DNA of 248,000 nucleotides from assembly GCF_000737315.1 (NCBI RefSeq), contig NZ_JMCB01000002.1:20001-268000 (forward strand), in the 5' to 3' direction. Of this stretch, positions 71,513 to 82,632 are shown piece after piece. The notes under the pieces are model-generated. The model was not told the origin of the DNA. It made no database searches and saw nothing but the letters and a program-made list of their open reading frames with translations. Made by a program: the position numbers and the translations under genes. Numbering within the stretch: the first letter of the stretch is position 1; each line of letters begins with the position of its first letter. Source of the DNA: Hyalangium minutum (lineage in GTDB: Bacteria > Myxococcota > Myxococcia > Myxococcales > Myxococcaceae).

Positions 71513-71796
71513 ACACGTTCCTCACGGTCAAGACGATGATGAGTGGCGGGCTGGTGATGGCCTGTGTGGCGTGTGCCGTCTTCTTCCTGCGCTTCTGGAA
71601 GTCGTCCCGGGACCGGCTCTTCGCCTTCTTCGCCCTCGCCTTCGGGGTCATGGCGCTCAATTGGCTGTCACTGGCGCTGCTCCAGGTAGACGATGAGCGG
71701 CGCCACTACCTCTATGTGGTCCGCCTGGTGTCCTTTCTGCTGATCCTCTACGCCATCTGGGACAAGAACCGGGCCGGCCGCGGCAGCCGCTCCTGA
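71509..71796 (+). CDS. DUF5985-like small membrane protein
   Basis: FFLRFWKSSRDRLF. Confidence 0.75.
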   Translation: MNTFLTVKTMMSGGLVMACVACAVFFLRFWKSSRDRLFAFFALAFGVMALNWLSLALLQVDDERRHYLYVVRLVSFLLILYAIWDKNRAGRGSRS

Positions 71797-71987
71797 GCCA
71801 GCCCGCAGTGACACGGAGTCAACACTCCGTGCGCCCTGTTCCCCAGACGGGCGTACCTGTCCGCCTGTGAGCGCCGAGGGAAAAGGCGCGGTCGAGCCGA
71901 TTTGTCGGCCTGTACCCCTTGCCGAACTGTGGATCCATCCGCATGTCGTCAGGACACTGTCCACTTGGCGGTGGGGGAAGATCCGAC

Positions 71988-74192
71988 ATGCGGGAAGAAC
72001 TGCCAGTCGCGAGCATCCTCCTGGTGGACGATCACCCGCCCAACCTCGTCGCGTTGGAGGCGGCGCTAGAGCCACTGGGGCAGCGGCTGGTGAAGGTGCG
72101 CTCCGGGACGGAGGCGCTCCAGCGGCTCGCCAGCGAGGACTTCGCCGCGGTGCTGCTGGATGTGCAGATGCCCGAGCTGGACGGGTACCAGACGGCGCGG
72201 CTCATCAAATCCCAGGAGCGCAGCCGCCACGTGCCGCTGCTCTTCCTCACCGCGAGCCAGAGGGACGAGCGGCAGGTGCTGCGGGGCTACGCGCAGGGCG
72301 CGGTGGACTACCTGCTCAAGCCGCTGGATCCGGACGTGCTGCGCGCCAAGGTGGCCGTCTTCGTGAACCTGTACCAGCGCCAGGAGGAGCTGCGCCAGCG
72401 CGAGGCCCGGCTGCGTGAGCACGAGCGGCAGTTGCTGGTGCGCCAGACGGAGGCGCACTCGCGCGCCCTGCTGGAGTCCATGCCCCAAGCGGTGTGGGCC
72501 GCGTGGACGGATGACACCCAGGCCTGGTGCAACCCCGCGTGGATGAAGCTGACGGGGACGCAGCATCCGGTGGCCTCGAGGCAGGACTTTCTGGCGGCCA
72601 TCCACCCGGACGAGCGCGCGGCAGTGGAGGCGGGCTGGCGCGAGGCCCTGCGGACGGGGCTCTCGTGGGAGGCGCAGCACCGGCTGGGAGGCCCGGAGGC
72701 CTGGCGCTGGCACCGGCTGCGCGTGACGCCGCTGCCTTGCGAGGGGCAGCAGCTGCGCGGCTTCCTCTGCACGGCGGCGGACCTCGACGACGAGCGCCGC
72801 AGCCAGGAGGTGGCCCAGCTGCTCTCCCATGCCAGCGTGATGCTCTCCTCCGCGCTGGACTTTCACGCCACGCTGGCTCGCCTGGCGCAGCTCGTGGTGC
72901 CGCGCTTCGCGGACTGGTGCGCGGTGGACGTGGTGGACACCGAGCGGCCCCAGGGCGGGCTCAGCCGCGTGGCGGTGGCCCACATGGAGTCCCACAAGGC
73001 CGAGCGCGTGCTCGAGCTCCACCAGCGCTATCCTCCCGGGGCGGTGAACCTGCCAGGCGTGGCGGCGGTGTTCACCTCCGGGAAGTCCGAGCTGCTGGCG
73101 GAGGTGCCGGACACGCTGCTGCGGCGGCTCTCCGAGGACTCCGAGCACCTGGCGCTGCTGCGCGAGGTGGGCTTCCAATCCTGCATCCACGTGCCCATCC
73201 GCGCCCGGGAGCGGACCTTCGGCGTGCTGACCTTCGCCATCTCCAGCAAGCGCCACCGGTATGACGCAAGAGACCTGGCGCTGGCCGAGGAGCTGGGCCG
73301 GCGCGCGGGTGTGGCCATGGACAACGCGCTGCTGTACCGGGAGGCCCAGCGGGCCCAGCGCGCGGCCCAGGAGGCCAACCGCCTCAAGGACGAGTTCCTT
73401 GCCACGCTCTCGCACGAGCTGCGCACGCCGCTGACGTCCATCCTCGGGTGGACGCAGATCCTCCTCAAGCGCGACGACCTGGACGAGGTGGGCCGCCGCC
73501 GGGGGCTGGCCACCATCGAGCGCAACGCGCGCGTGCAGCGCCAATTGGTGGAGGACTTGCTGGATGTCTCGCGCATCACCAGCGGCAAGCTGCTGCTCAA
73601 CCTGAAGGAAGTGTCGCTGCGCGAGGTAGCGGAGGCCGCCCTGGAGAGCGTGCGTCCGACGGCCGAGGCGCGCGGGGTGGGGCTTCAGGCGGAGCTGGGG
73701 GACATCCACGACACCGTGCTGGCGGATGCCACGCGGCTGCAGCAGGTGCTGTGGAACCTGCTCACCAACGCGTTGAAGTTCACGGATCGCGGCGGGTGTG
73801 TGTGGCTCACGGGCAGCCGTGATGGGGACACGGTGAGGCTCACGGTGCGAGACACGGGCAAGGGCATCTCGCCCGAGCTGCTGCCCCACGTCTTCGAGCG
73901 CTTCCGCCAGGGCGACATCGGCCGGGAGCAGGGAGGTCTGGGCTTGGGGCTCGCCATCGTGCGGCACCTGGTGGAGCTGCACGGGGGCTTCGTGGCCGTG
74001 CAGAGCGAAGGGCCCGGCGCGGGCTCCGTGTTCACCGTCCAGCTGCCCCTGCGCGCCAGCCGCTCCGAACGCCTGCCTGAGCGTGTGGCCGCCGCGGAGC
74101 TTTCGGGACACTCGGAGCCAGAGCGCTCGCACGCCATGTCCGACGAGTTGGTCGCGGCAGTGGCCTCGCTGATGAGCCAGGCCACCCACTGA
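71988..74192 (+). CDS. Hybrid REC-PAS-GAF histidine kinase
   Basis: [22 protein letters not shown]. Confidence 0.9.
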   Translation: MREELPVASILLVDDHPPNLVALEAALEPLGQRLVKVRSGTEALQRLASEDFAAVLLDVQMPELDGYQTARLIKSQERSRHVPLLFLTASQRDERQVLRGYAQGAVDYLLKPLDPDVLRAKVAVFVNLYQRQEELRQREARLREHERQLLVRQTEAHSRALLESMPQAVWAAWTDDTQAWCNPAWMKLTGTQHPVASRQDFLAAIHPDERAAVEAGWREALRTGLSWEAQHRLGGPEAWRWHRLRVTPLPCEGQQLRGFLCTAADLDDERRSQEVAQLLSHASVMLSSALDFHATLARLAQLVVPRFADWCAVDVVDTERPQGGLSRVAVAHMESHKAERVLELHQRYPPGAVNLPGVAAVFTSGKSELLAEVPDTLLRRLSEDSEHLALLREVGFQSCIHVPIRARERTFGVLTFAISSKRHRYDARDLALAEELGRRAGVAMDNALLYREAQRAQRAAQEANRLKDEFLATLSHELRTPLTSILGWTQILLKRDDLDEVGRRRGLATIERNARVQRQLVEDLLDVSRITSGKLLLNLKEVSLREVAEAALESVRPTAEARGVGLQAELGDIHDTVLADATRLQQVLWNLLTNALKFTDRGGCVWLTGSRDGDTVRLTVRDTGKGISPELLPHVFERFRQGDIGREQGGLGLGLAIVRHLVELHGGFVAVQSEGPGAGSVFTVQLPLRASRSERLPERVAAAELSGHSEPERSHAMSDELVAAVASLMSQATH

Positions 74193-74449
74193 GGCTGCCC
74201 TTTCATCGGGTCTGAAAGTTCTTCCGCAGGGCCTGCTGAAGTTCTTACCGAGTGCCACCCTACATATGGATCCGCTGGTGGCAGATCGGCTCCTCGCACT
74301 GTCCGAAATCCGAATGCGATCAACCGCTTGAGAGGGGACTGGCAGCCGTACGGGCCTGGGGCAGGGCAGGCACGGATATCGCATCGCAGTGAATGGTCCG
74401 GCCGGGGGTGGGTGGCCGGGAGTTGTCCCTCTCAAGGTGATCCGAGCCC

Positions 74450-76309
74450 GTGCAAGCGCCTCCGTCTGCCTGCCATTGCGAGAGTCAGCACCGTGAGGCG
74501 GACCACTGCCCCACGCTCGTTCGCTCGGGTGAGGGGCCGGTAGCGCGGCCGCTGCTGGAGCGGGAGGAGAACTTCCTGGGGCAGAAGTTCGGCAGCTTCG
74601 AGGTGGTGCGCGAGCTGGGGCGGGGAGGGATGGGCTCGGTGTGGCTCGCCGAGCACACGCTCATCCGCAAGCGTGTCGCGGTGAAGGTGCTGCATGCGCA
74701 CCTGGCGAAGGATCGGCGGCTGGTGGCGCGGTTCCTCTCCGAGGCACGCACGCTGACGGTGATCCAGCACGAGAACGTGGTGGCGCTGCAGGACCTGGAC
74801 ATGCGGGAAGGGCGCCCCTACCTGGTGATGGAGTACCTGGAGGGGCAGAATCTGGCCGCGTTCGCGGAAGGTCCGCTGGAGCCGGCGCTGGTGGTGGAGC
74901 TGCTCTCCCAGGTGTGCGATGCGCTGGCGGCCGCGCACGCGCACGGCGTGGTGCACCGGGATCTCAAGCCCGCCAATGTCTTCCTCGTGCCCATGGGCAA
75001 CGGGCGCCACCGGGTGAAGCTGCTGGACTTCGGCATTGCCAAGCTCCTGAGCTACCCCGGGGGGATGACGCCCACGCAGGAGGGGATGCTGCTGGGGACG
75101 CCGGAGTTCATGTCGCCGGAGCAGTGCAACGGCGAGACGGTGGATGGGCGCACGGACCTGTACGCGGTGGGGGTGATGGGCTACCTGCTGGGGACGGGAC
75201 GCTTGCCGTTCTCGGGGAGCCCGGCGGAGGTGCTGGTGGGGCACCTGATGAAGGCACCGCGCCTGCCTCACGAGGTGCGGCCGGAGGTTCCGCCGGCGCT
75301 CTCCCAGGTGTTGATGAAGGCGATGGCGAAGCGGCCGGAGGATCGGTTCTCCTCGGCCGCGGAGCTGCGGCAGGCGCTGCAGGCGGTGCTGAAGCCAGAG
75401 CCTGCGAAGGCCTCGATGCTGATGGCGCGGGTGCGGGCCAATGGACGGCCGGCCTTCGAGGAGCTGCGCTGCGAGCGGGTGGGACGGGCGGGGCTCTTCC
75501 TTCAGACGGAGTCGGTGCCGCCTCCGTTGCTGGAGGAGGTGGGGCTGCTGCTGCGGCTGCCAGGGGGGGAGCTGTCCTGCACGGCGCAGGTGGTGCGGCA
75601 CGTGTCCGCGGAGCAGGCGCGTCAGTGGAACATGGCGCCCGGCTTCGGGGTGCAGCTGCGCGACACGGCACCGGGCTTCCTGGAGGCGTTCGAGCGGCTG
75701 CTGGCGGGGGAGCGGCTGTCTCCGCAGACGCCGCCCTTGAGCAGCGCGCGGGAGGATGCGCGGGCGGAGGCGGTGCTTCAGCGCTACCGGGAGCGGCTGC
75801 AGGGAGACCACTACCTGGCGCTGGGCACGACGTGGGAGGCGGACTTCGACACGGTGCGCGGCTGCGCGCGCGCGGCCCGGCAGGCGCTGGAGCCGCTGCT
75901 GAAGCTGCCCTTGTCGCTGGGGCAGCGAGCACAGGTGGAGCGGGTGCTGGAGCGGGTGGCGCAGGCGGCGCACGTGCTGGGCCATCCGGAGCGGCGCACG
76001 GAGTACGACGCGGGGCTGCGCAACCTGGAGGGGCTGCTGCGGTGCCTGAGCGCGGGGCTCACGGTGACGGAGCTGGAGCGGTGCCGCCGCCAGTTCCTGG
76101 CGAAGAACCGGGTGCCCGAGGGACACGCGACGATCCACCTGAAGACGGGGGATGCGTTCGCCGCGCAGGGCAAGCTCACGGAGGCCCTGGTGGCCTACGG
76201 AGCGGCGCTGCGGGCGGATCCGCTGCACCTGGAGGCGCTCAAGCGCTGGCGCTCCCTGCGAGCCCGGCTGCTGACCGCCTCAGGCCCTTCTTCAGCGCTG
76301 GGGCGCTGA
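74450..76309 (+). CDS. Ser/Thr kinase with PilZ-like, J-like and TPR C-terminus
   Basis: GRGGMG, HRDLKPAN, DFG; C-terminal domains by resemblance. Confidence 0.85.
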   Translation: MQAPPSACHCESQHREADHCPTLVRSGEGPVARPLLEREENFLGQKFGSFEVVRELGRGGMGSVWLAEHTLIRKRVAVKVLHAHLAKDRRLVARFLSEARTLTVIQHENVVALQDLDMREGRPYLVMEYLEGQNLAAFAEGPLEPALVVELLSQVCDALAAAHAHGVVHRDLKPANVFLVPMGNGRHRVKLLDFGIAKLLSYPGGMTPTQEGMLLGTPEFMSPEQCNGETVDGRTDLYAVGVMGYLLGTGRLPFSGSPAEVLVGHLMKAPRLPHEVRPEVPPALSQVLMKAMAKRPEDRFSSAAELRQALQAVLKPEPAKASMLMARVRANGRPAFEELRCERVGRAGLFLQTESVPPPLLEEVGLLLRLPGGELSCTAQVVRHVSAEQARQWNMAPGFGVQLRDTAPGFLEAFERLLAGERLSPQTPPLSSAREDARAEAVLQRYRERLQGDHYLALGTTWEADFDTVRGCARAARQALEPLLKLPLSLGQRAQVERVLERVAQAAHVLGHPERRTEYDAGLRNLEGLLRCLSAGLTVTELERCRRQFLAKNRVPEGHATIHLKTGDAFAAQGKLTEALVAYGAALRADPLHLEALKRWRSLRARLLTASGPSSALGR

Positions 76310-76404
76310 GCAGCCAGCCAAGTCGTGTGTACGCCAGATTCTACCTCTCCACACCTGCGGGACTTGCGTCCAAGGACAGGGTCCTCGTTAATCATCAGAG
76401 ACCC

Positions 76405-77709
76405 ATGTCCTCCAACCCCGACGACAAGCTCCCCCCTCAGGGGCGCCTCACCCGGCTGCGCAAGCTGGCGGGGCTGTCCGCCCAGCTCGGCACCGAGGTC
76501 CTCAAGAGTGGCGCACGCCGCCTCGCCGGCCAGGAGTCGGAGCTGCTCAGCAAGGGAATGGCCGAGAAGCTCGTCGCCACCCTCGGAGACTTGAAGGGCG
76601 CCGCCATGAAGTTCGGCCAGGCCGTCTCCATGGATCCGGACCTCCTCACCCCCGAAGTCCGCAAGGTCCTCGCCCGCCTCCAGAACCAGGCCCCCGCCAT
76701 GGGCTACGACACCGTGGCCCGTGTCATCCGTGAAGAGCTCGGCGCTCCCCCCGAGGCCCTCTTCCGCGAGTTCGATCGCCAGCCCCTCGCTGCGGCCTCC
76801 CTCGGTCAGGTGCACCGCGCCGTCCTCGAAGACGGCCGCCCCGTCGCCGTCAAGGTGCAGTACCCCGGCGTCGGTGACTCGCTCCAGGGCGACCTCGACA
76901 ACCTGGGCATGGTCGTGAAGACCGTCTCCAAGACGTCCAAGATCATGGACGGCACCTCCTACTTCCAGGAGCTGCGCGAGGAGTTCCTCCTCGAGCTGGA
77001 CTACCTCCGCGAGGCCCGCCTCTGCCAAGGCTTTGCCCGCAGCATCTCCCGCCTGCCCGATCTCAAGGTGCCCGACGTCATCCCCGAGCGCACCGCTCAG
77101 CGCGTCCTCACCCTCGAGCTCCTTGAGGGGCAGACGCTCAAGGACTGGGTCGTCACCGCGCCGCCTCCCGAGGAGCGCTTCCGCGTCTCGCGCCAGCTCA
77201 TCCGCGCCATCTACGGGCCCTTCTTCTGCGCTGGTGAGATCCACGCCGATCCCCACCCCGGCAACTTCATGGTCCTGAAGGATGGCCGCCTGGGGCTGAT
77301 GGACTTCGGCTCCATCAAGAGCTTCTCTCCAGGCTTCGTCTCCGCCAACCGGCGCCTGTTCCTCCAGGCTGTGCAGCTGCAGCCCATGGACATCCTCGGA
77401 CTGAGCCGCGAGGTGGGCTTCACCATCGAGCTGCCGGAAGCCGAGGCCGAGGAGCTCATCCATGAGATCCTCCGCATCGCCGGCCGGTCCATGCGCTCCA
77501 GCGCCTACGACTTCACCACCTGCGAGGTCAGCCGCGATCTCAAGCGCCACTTCGCCAAGAACGCCGCGCGCTTCCTGAAGATCCGCCCCCCGCCCGAGGC
77601 CGTCATGTTCTTCCGCTCCACTGGCGGGCTCGCGCAGAACCTGCGGCTCATCGGCGCCCAGGGTGATTTCCGCCGTGTGTACCAGGAAGTAGCCGACCTG
77701 CTGGCCTGA
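76405..77709 (+). CDS. ABC1/UbiB family atypical kinase
   Basis: AAASLGQVH; AVKVQYPG; HADPHPGN; DFG. Confidence 0.9.
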   Translation: MSSNPDDKLPPQGRLTRLRKLAGLSAQLGTEVLKSGARRLAGQESELLSKGMAEKLVATLGDLKGAAMKFGQAVSMDPDLLTPEVRKVLARLQNQAPAMGYDTVARVIREELGAPPEALFREFDRQPLAAASLGQVHRAVLEDGRPVAVKVQYPGVGDSLQGDLDNLGMVVKTVSKTSKIMDGTSYFQELREEFLLELDYLREARLCQGFARSISRLPDLKVPDVIPERTAQRVLTLELLEGQTLKDWVVTAPPPEERFRVSRQLIRAIYGPFFCAGEIHADPHPGNFMVLKDGRLGLMDFGSIKSFSPGFVSANRRLFLQAVQLQPMDILGLSREVGFTIELPEAEAEELIHEILRIAGRSMRSSAYDFTTCEVSRDLKRHFAKNAARFLKIRPPPEAVMFFRSTGGLAQNLRLIGAQGDFRRVYQEVADLLA

Positions 77710-77749
77710 GCCTTGCGTTCCTGCTCAGGACTCGTGCAGCACGGGCCTC

Positions 77750-78088
77750 GTGCCTAGCTTGGGAAGGGTGACGGTCTTGGACACACGGCAGGAGCGGCTT
77801 CTCTATACGCGCTCGGCGAGAGCGCGCCTCCAGGCCCTCCCCGCCGAGGTGCGCCTCCATGTGGAGACGCATATGGCCAACCTCACCCTCCTGATCGAAG
77901 GCCTGGCGCCCGAGCATCTCCCCCAGATGCTGGCGCATGAAGACGAGGGCTTCGTCACGGCCGTGCCGGGAGCCCGGGTGCGCTTCGTCGTCGCTCCCGC
78001 GGCGCGCGCCCTGCTCGTCTACCGCATCGAGACCTTGCCCGAAAGGGAAGTGGCTCCTGCCGTGCACCCCCAGCTCGGCCCCGAGTGA
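77750..78088 (+). CDS. Hypothetical protein
   Basis: 112-aa ORF. Confidence 0.45.
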   Translation: MPSLGRVTVLDTRQERLLYTRSARARLQALPAEVRLHVETHMANLTLLIEGLAPEHLPQMLAHEDEGFVTAVPGARVRFVVAPAARALLVYRIETLPEREVAPAVHPQLGPE

Positions 78089-78185
78089 CTCTGGCGGAGC
78101 CACCACCGGCAGCCAAGGCGGAGAGCCTTCGCGTGACGGCGCCTCTCCGCTCGTGGCGAAAGAGGCGCACGCCCGCGGCGCTGCA

Positions 78186-78614
78186 CTACTTGTTGATGGC
78201 CTGATTGGAGGGGCTGGACGCCGGGCCCGTCGCCGAGCGGCCCCGCTTGTAGAGGTCCGTCAGCTTCTTGGCCAGGTCCGCGCCCTGCACGCTCTTGGAG
78301 ATGTAGCCGTCCGCGCCGGACGACAGCGCCAGCGAGCGCAGCTTCGACTCGTCCGAGGCCGAGTACAGGATGAACTTGGTGCCCAGCGGCGCCTGCGCGC
78401 GCGCCAGAGACAGCACCTTGTCGCCGCTCAGCGCGGGAATGTTCACGTCCAGCAGCACCAGGTCCGGTGCCACCGAACGCACCAGGTTGGACACGCCCAG
78501 CGAGGAGCGGTGCGTGCGCACATCAAATCCGTAGGACGAGAGCGAGCGCTCCGCCAGTACAAGCTGATCCTGGTCGTCGTCCACAACGAGGACTCGGATC
78601 TTGGTTTCCGACAT
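78186..78614 (-). CDS. Single-domain response regulator
   Basis: VVDDD; LLDVNIP; paralog of 85064..85465. Confidence 0.9.
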   Translation of the reverse strand: MSETKIRVLVVDDDQDQLVLAERSLSSYGFDVRTHRSSLGVSNLVRSVAPDLVLLDVNIPALSGDKVLSLARAQAPLGTKFILYSASDESKLRSLALSSGADGYISKSVQGADLAKKLTDLYKRGRSATGPASSPSNQAINK

Positions 78615-78930
78615 TGTTTCCCCCAGGGGGCAGGGTTGTCGCTAGAGAGACTCTAATTATGACCTCGCTCCGCGTCAGGAAAGAAGGGGGGGGCGTGTAG
78701 GACCCTGCCGAAAGTGACAAGCGAGCAGGCAGTTTCCCGGGAAGTCGTGAGGCGCTCAACACCGGATATTGAGAACATCGTGAATTCCGAAGGGCCGCCT
78801 CGTGGATAAGCAGGCGCTCCCCACCTGCCCCGTCGTGTCGCCGAGAGGAATCGTGGCCACCGTGGCGGTGCTTTTCTCTCACCCGGTGGAGACGCATGGC
78901 ACGGCGCAAGACCCACCGGGGCAGGGCAGC

Positions 78931-80288
78931 TCAGCGGCGCTTCTGCGCGGCCCGCGGAGGACGCCGTCCCTTCGACACGCCCGGGTCGCTGGGAGCATCC
79001 GGGGCACTCGGAGTGCCCTGCAGCGGGAAGGTGAGGGTGAACACCGCGCCCCGCTCCGGGCGGTTGGCCGCGGTGATGGAGCCCCCCGCGCGCGCCATGA
79101 CGCCATAGGCCATGGACAGCCCCAGTCCCGTGCCCTGGCTGCCTTTGGTGGTGAAGAAGGGCCGGAAGATGCTGTGCAGGTTCTCCGGAGGAATGCCCGT
79201 GCCCTCGTCCTCCACGGTGACGACGACCTTGCCGCCCACCTCGGTGCCACGCACGCGGATGACGCCACTGTCCGGCATCGCGTCCCGGGCGTTGAGCAGC
79301 AGGTTGATGAAGACGTAGCGCAGGTCCGCCGCCACGCCGCTCACCGGCGGCAGCAGCGGGACATCCACCTCGATGCGCAGCGACAGGCCATGCCGCTTCG
79401 CCTGGTGCTCGAGGTCGCTGCGGGCGATCTCCACCGCCTCGCGGATGACGTCGGCCAGCTGCACCTGCTCGCCCGCGTGCTCGGGCCGCTGGCGCGCGAA
79501 GTCCTGGAGGTGGCGCAGGCGCGTGTGGGCGTCGCTGACGATGCGCACCATCGCGTCCATGTGGCCGCGGTGCCGCGTGGCGAACTCCGCGTCCCTCTCG
79601 ATGAGCTCCAGCCGGAGCTTCATGGCGTTCAGGGTGTTGTTGAGATCATGCGCCACGCCCGAGGCCAGCTCGCCCAGGGCGCGCAGGTGCTCCTGCTGGG
79701 ACAGGGTGGCACGCGCCTTCTCCAGCTCCTGCTCGGCCTGGACCTGGGCGGTGATGTCGTGGGCGAGCAGCAGCACGGCCTCCCTGGGACGCTCCCGGGG
79801 GTTGAGGCCCACCCGCTCTGTGCGCACCTCCAGCGTCCTCACGCCGGACTGCTCCTGGTAGCGCTCCACCACGGGGCCTCGCTCCCCCGAGGCCCTCAGC
79901 GCATGGGTGGCCTCCTCGGCCACCAGCCGCAGCGTGTTCCGGGCGGGGCCCTGCTGCTGGCCCTGGTGCAGGCGGAGCCACGGGCCGCTCCGGGTCAACG
80001 CGTGCCAGCGCGGATTGGCCAGCAGCACCACGCCATCACTCAGGAGCGCCACCGCGCTGGCGCTCGTCTCCAGCGCCCAGTTGGAGAGCCGGTAGGTGGT
80101 GATGTGCTCCTGGGAGCGCAGCTCCAGCTTGTGGACGAGCGTCTCGTGCTTGGAGAGGAGTTCCTGGTACTTGCGCAACAGCTCCGCTCGCATGCGCGTC
80201 GGAGGCTCGGCGGGGTGCTTGGCCCCGGGGGAGGTGGCAGGAGGGGGCGGACGGCGGCGCGGGCTCATGCTCTCGAATGCTCCATGCG
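78931..80288 (-). CDS. Cytoplasmic sensor histidine kinase (start approximate)
   Basis: AHDLNN; FFTTKGSQGTGLGL. Confidence 0.85.
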
Positions 80289-80751
80289 CGCGCGGTTCTC
80301 CTCCGGCAGCGCGGCCAGCTGGATGACGTCGTGGGCCACATAGAGCAGGCCCTGCATGTCCCTGCCATTGCCCCGAGGGGGCACCGCCTGAGCGCGCAGC
80401 GTCACAGGTTCGTCCCCGGGGGCTCCAGGTGGCCATGGCCGGGCTGTTAACCCACGGCGTGGCGGGTCAGCAAGGCTGGAGACACCCTGCTAGGTAGGAT
80501 TCGACAAAACATGTTTTGTCTATAACCCGGAGCAGGCCGATGGGATGGGCTTCCATTCCGAACGCGGCTGGCCATCTACGGGATGCTCGATCGGATGGCT
80601 CGGACGGGGGGGGCGTATGCACAGGACGTCCTGGGTTCTCATCCTGAACACTGAGGGGCGGAGGTCCGGGGCGGTCCTTCCTTTGCTCGTCTCGGGTGCC
80701 GTTAGATGGAAGCCGTACTCAGGTCACGCCGCCGAATCACGGAGACACATC

Positions 80752-81429
80752 ATGGAGCCGAACTCCCGTATCCGGGTGGGCATTCTCGAAGACCAGCAGA
80801 TCTTCCTCGAGAGCCTGGTATCGATTCTGGAGAGCGCCGGCATAGAGGTGGTGGCTCAGTGCTCGAGCGTGGAGCAATTCCTGGCGCAGACGCGGCAGCA
80901 GCCACCGGACGTGGCGCTGGTGGACCTGCGGCTGGAGCACAAGGACGGGCAGCAGCTGGCGGATGGCTGCCGGGCGGTCGAGCTCCTGCATGACTTCTAC
81001 CCGAATGTGCGGCCGCTCGTGCTGTCGGCCAACCGGAACGCGGAGGAGGTGGAGCGCTGCTTCCGGGCTGGAGCGGCGGGCTACCTGTGCAAGCAGAACA
81101 TCGGCTGCGCGGAGCTGCTCGAGGCCGTGGGGCGGGTGGCCCGGGGCGAGCGACTGGTACCCTCGGAGCTGTTCCCTCACTCCATCGTGGAGGAAGAGAG
81201 CAACGCCTCGCGCAGCGTGCTCCACCAGCTCACGGCCCGGGAGCGCGAGGTGCTGGGCTTCATCGCCTCGGGCGCGGACAACCTGAAGATCGCCGTGTGC
81301 CTGGGCATCACCGAGCGCACGGTGAAGGCGCACATCACCAGCATCTACCGCAAGCTGGACGTAGAGAACCGCACGCAGATGGCGATGCTGGCCTGCCAGC
81401 TGGGCGTGGAGCGTCCGGCAACCGTCTGA
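80752..81429 (+). CDS. NarL/LuxR family response regulator
   Basis: REC plus LTAREREVL..ITERTVKAH. Confidence 0.92.
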   Translation: MEPNSRIRVGILEDQQIFLESLVSILESAGIEVVAQCSSVEQFLAQTRQQPPDVALVDLRLEHKDGQQLADGCRAVELLHDFYPNVRPLVLSANRNAEEVERCFRAGAAGYLCKQNIGCAELLEAVGRVARGERLVPSELFPHSIVEEESNASRSVLHQLTAREREVLGFIASGADNLKIAVCLGITERTVKAHITSIYRKLDVENRTQMAMLACQLGVERPATV

Positions 81430-81609
81430 GGGTCATCTCTTCCTGGGACTTGAGGCCAATAGGTTCTTTCGCTGGGGAGCAGCACCTTGGAAGCAGCACG
81501 TTGGCGGGCCCCTCCTTCCCTGCCTTCTCCCGCCGCGTGCGCTGGGTCGTTTCCAGCGGGCCGGGGCGGGGATGCTTCCTCCTCCTGCCCCGGTCCGCTG
81601 CCAGCCTGC

Positions 81610-82632
81610 TCAAGGCTTCGTCGCGACGACGAGCTCGAAGGGGCCCGGCAGCACCTCGGGCGCTTTGAAGCCCAAGTCCTTCAGGGCCAGCAGGTAGTAC
81701 TCCACCTCGCGCAGGCGGCTCACGCAGCTGTCCACGCCCATGAGGAAGTAGGACCAGAAGAACTGCGCCGTCAGCCGCTCGGGCGTGCGGAACTCCTCGC
81801 AGATGAGGATGCGGCCACCGGAGGGCAGCGCCTCGTACGTGGCCTTCATCAGCGCGCGCGCCGTCTCCGCTGGCCAGTCGTGCAGCACACGCACGAAGGA
81901 GATCGCGTCATAGCCGCGCGGCAGCGGCTCCTTCAGGAAGTCTCCGCCCACGAAGCCCAGCCGCGCGCCCAGCTGGTGCTTCTCCCGCGTGCGCGCCACC
82001 AACGCCTCGGTGGCCGGCAAGTTGTACACGTCCACCTGGAGCTCCGGGTGCTGCTCCAGCAGGTGCGCCGCCAGCGAGCCGTCTCCGCCGCCCACCTCCA
82101 GCAGCTTCTGCCCCGGGCGCCACAGCGTGCCGCCGTGGGTGCGGAACACCTCGAGGATGGGGCCCAGCCCCGCGGCCATGCTGGCCTCGAAGCCCGCCAC
82201 CTGCTCGGTCGTCTGTGGCGGCCATTCGAAGTCCTTGGCCGGCATGCTCCGCTCCCCGCGCAGCACCTCCGGCAGGTGGCCGTGCAGCTCGCGCCAGCCG
82301 TACTTCTCCCGGTCCCGCTCCAGCGACTGCGGCCCCACCACCTTCTCCGCCGCCGCGCGCAGCCCCGGCACCGCCGTGTAGCGGGCCTCGAGCAGCGCGT
82401 CCGTCTTCTGCTCGCGCCGCACCAGCCCCAGGCTCTCCAGGCAGTCGAGGAACTTGTAGAGACGCCCCGGCACCATGCCGTACTTCTGGCTCAGCACCTC
82501 CAGCGTCACCGGGCCTGCCTCCAGCGCTTCCAGCAGGCCCAGCTTGTACGCCGTCTCCACCACGTCGATGGCGCGCGCTCCGTTGAAGAGCAGGTGCAGC
82601 AGCGCGCGGGGAGTGAGTTCCACGGTGCTCAT
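81610..82632 (-). CDS. SAM-dependent O/C-methyltransferase (Methyltransf_2 with dimerisation domain)
   Basis: LEVGGGDG; GGDF; RVLHDW. Confidence 0.88.
   Translation of the reverse strand: MSTVELTPRALLHLLFNGARAIDVVETAYKLGLLEALEAGPVTLEVLSQKYGMVPGRLYKFLDCLESLGLVRREQKTDALLEARYTAVPGLRAAAEKVVGPQSLERDREKYGWRELHGHLPEVLRGERSMPAKDFEWPPQTTEQVAGFEASMAAGLGPILEVFRTHGGTLWRPGQKLLEVGGGDGSLAAHLLEQHPELQVDVYNLPATEALVARTREKHQLGARLGFVGGDFLKEPLPRGYDAISFVRVLHDWPAETARALMKATYEALPSGGRILICEEFRTPERLTAQFFWSYFLMGVDSCVSRLREVEYYLLALKDLGFKAPEVLPGPFELVVATKP

Noticed and set aside
74641-76404. Apparent 1022-aa fusion upstream of the ABC1 kinase
   Set aside because: The upstream part is an off-frame shadow of the Ser/Thr kinase; the real start is 76405.
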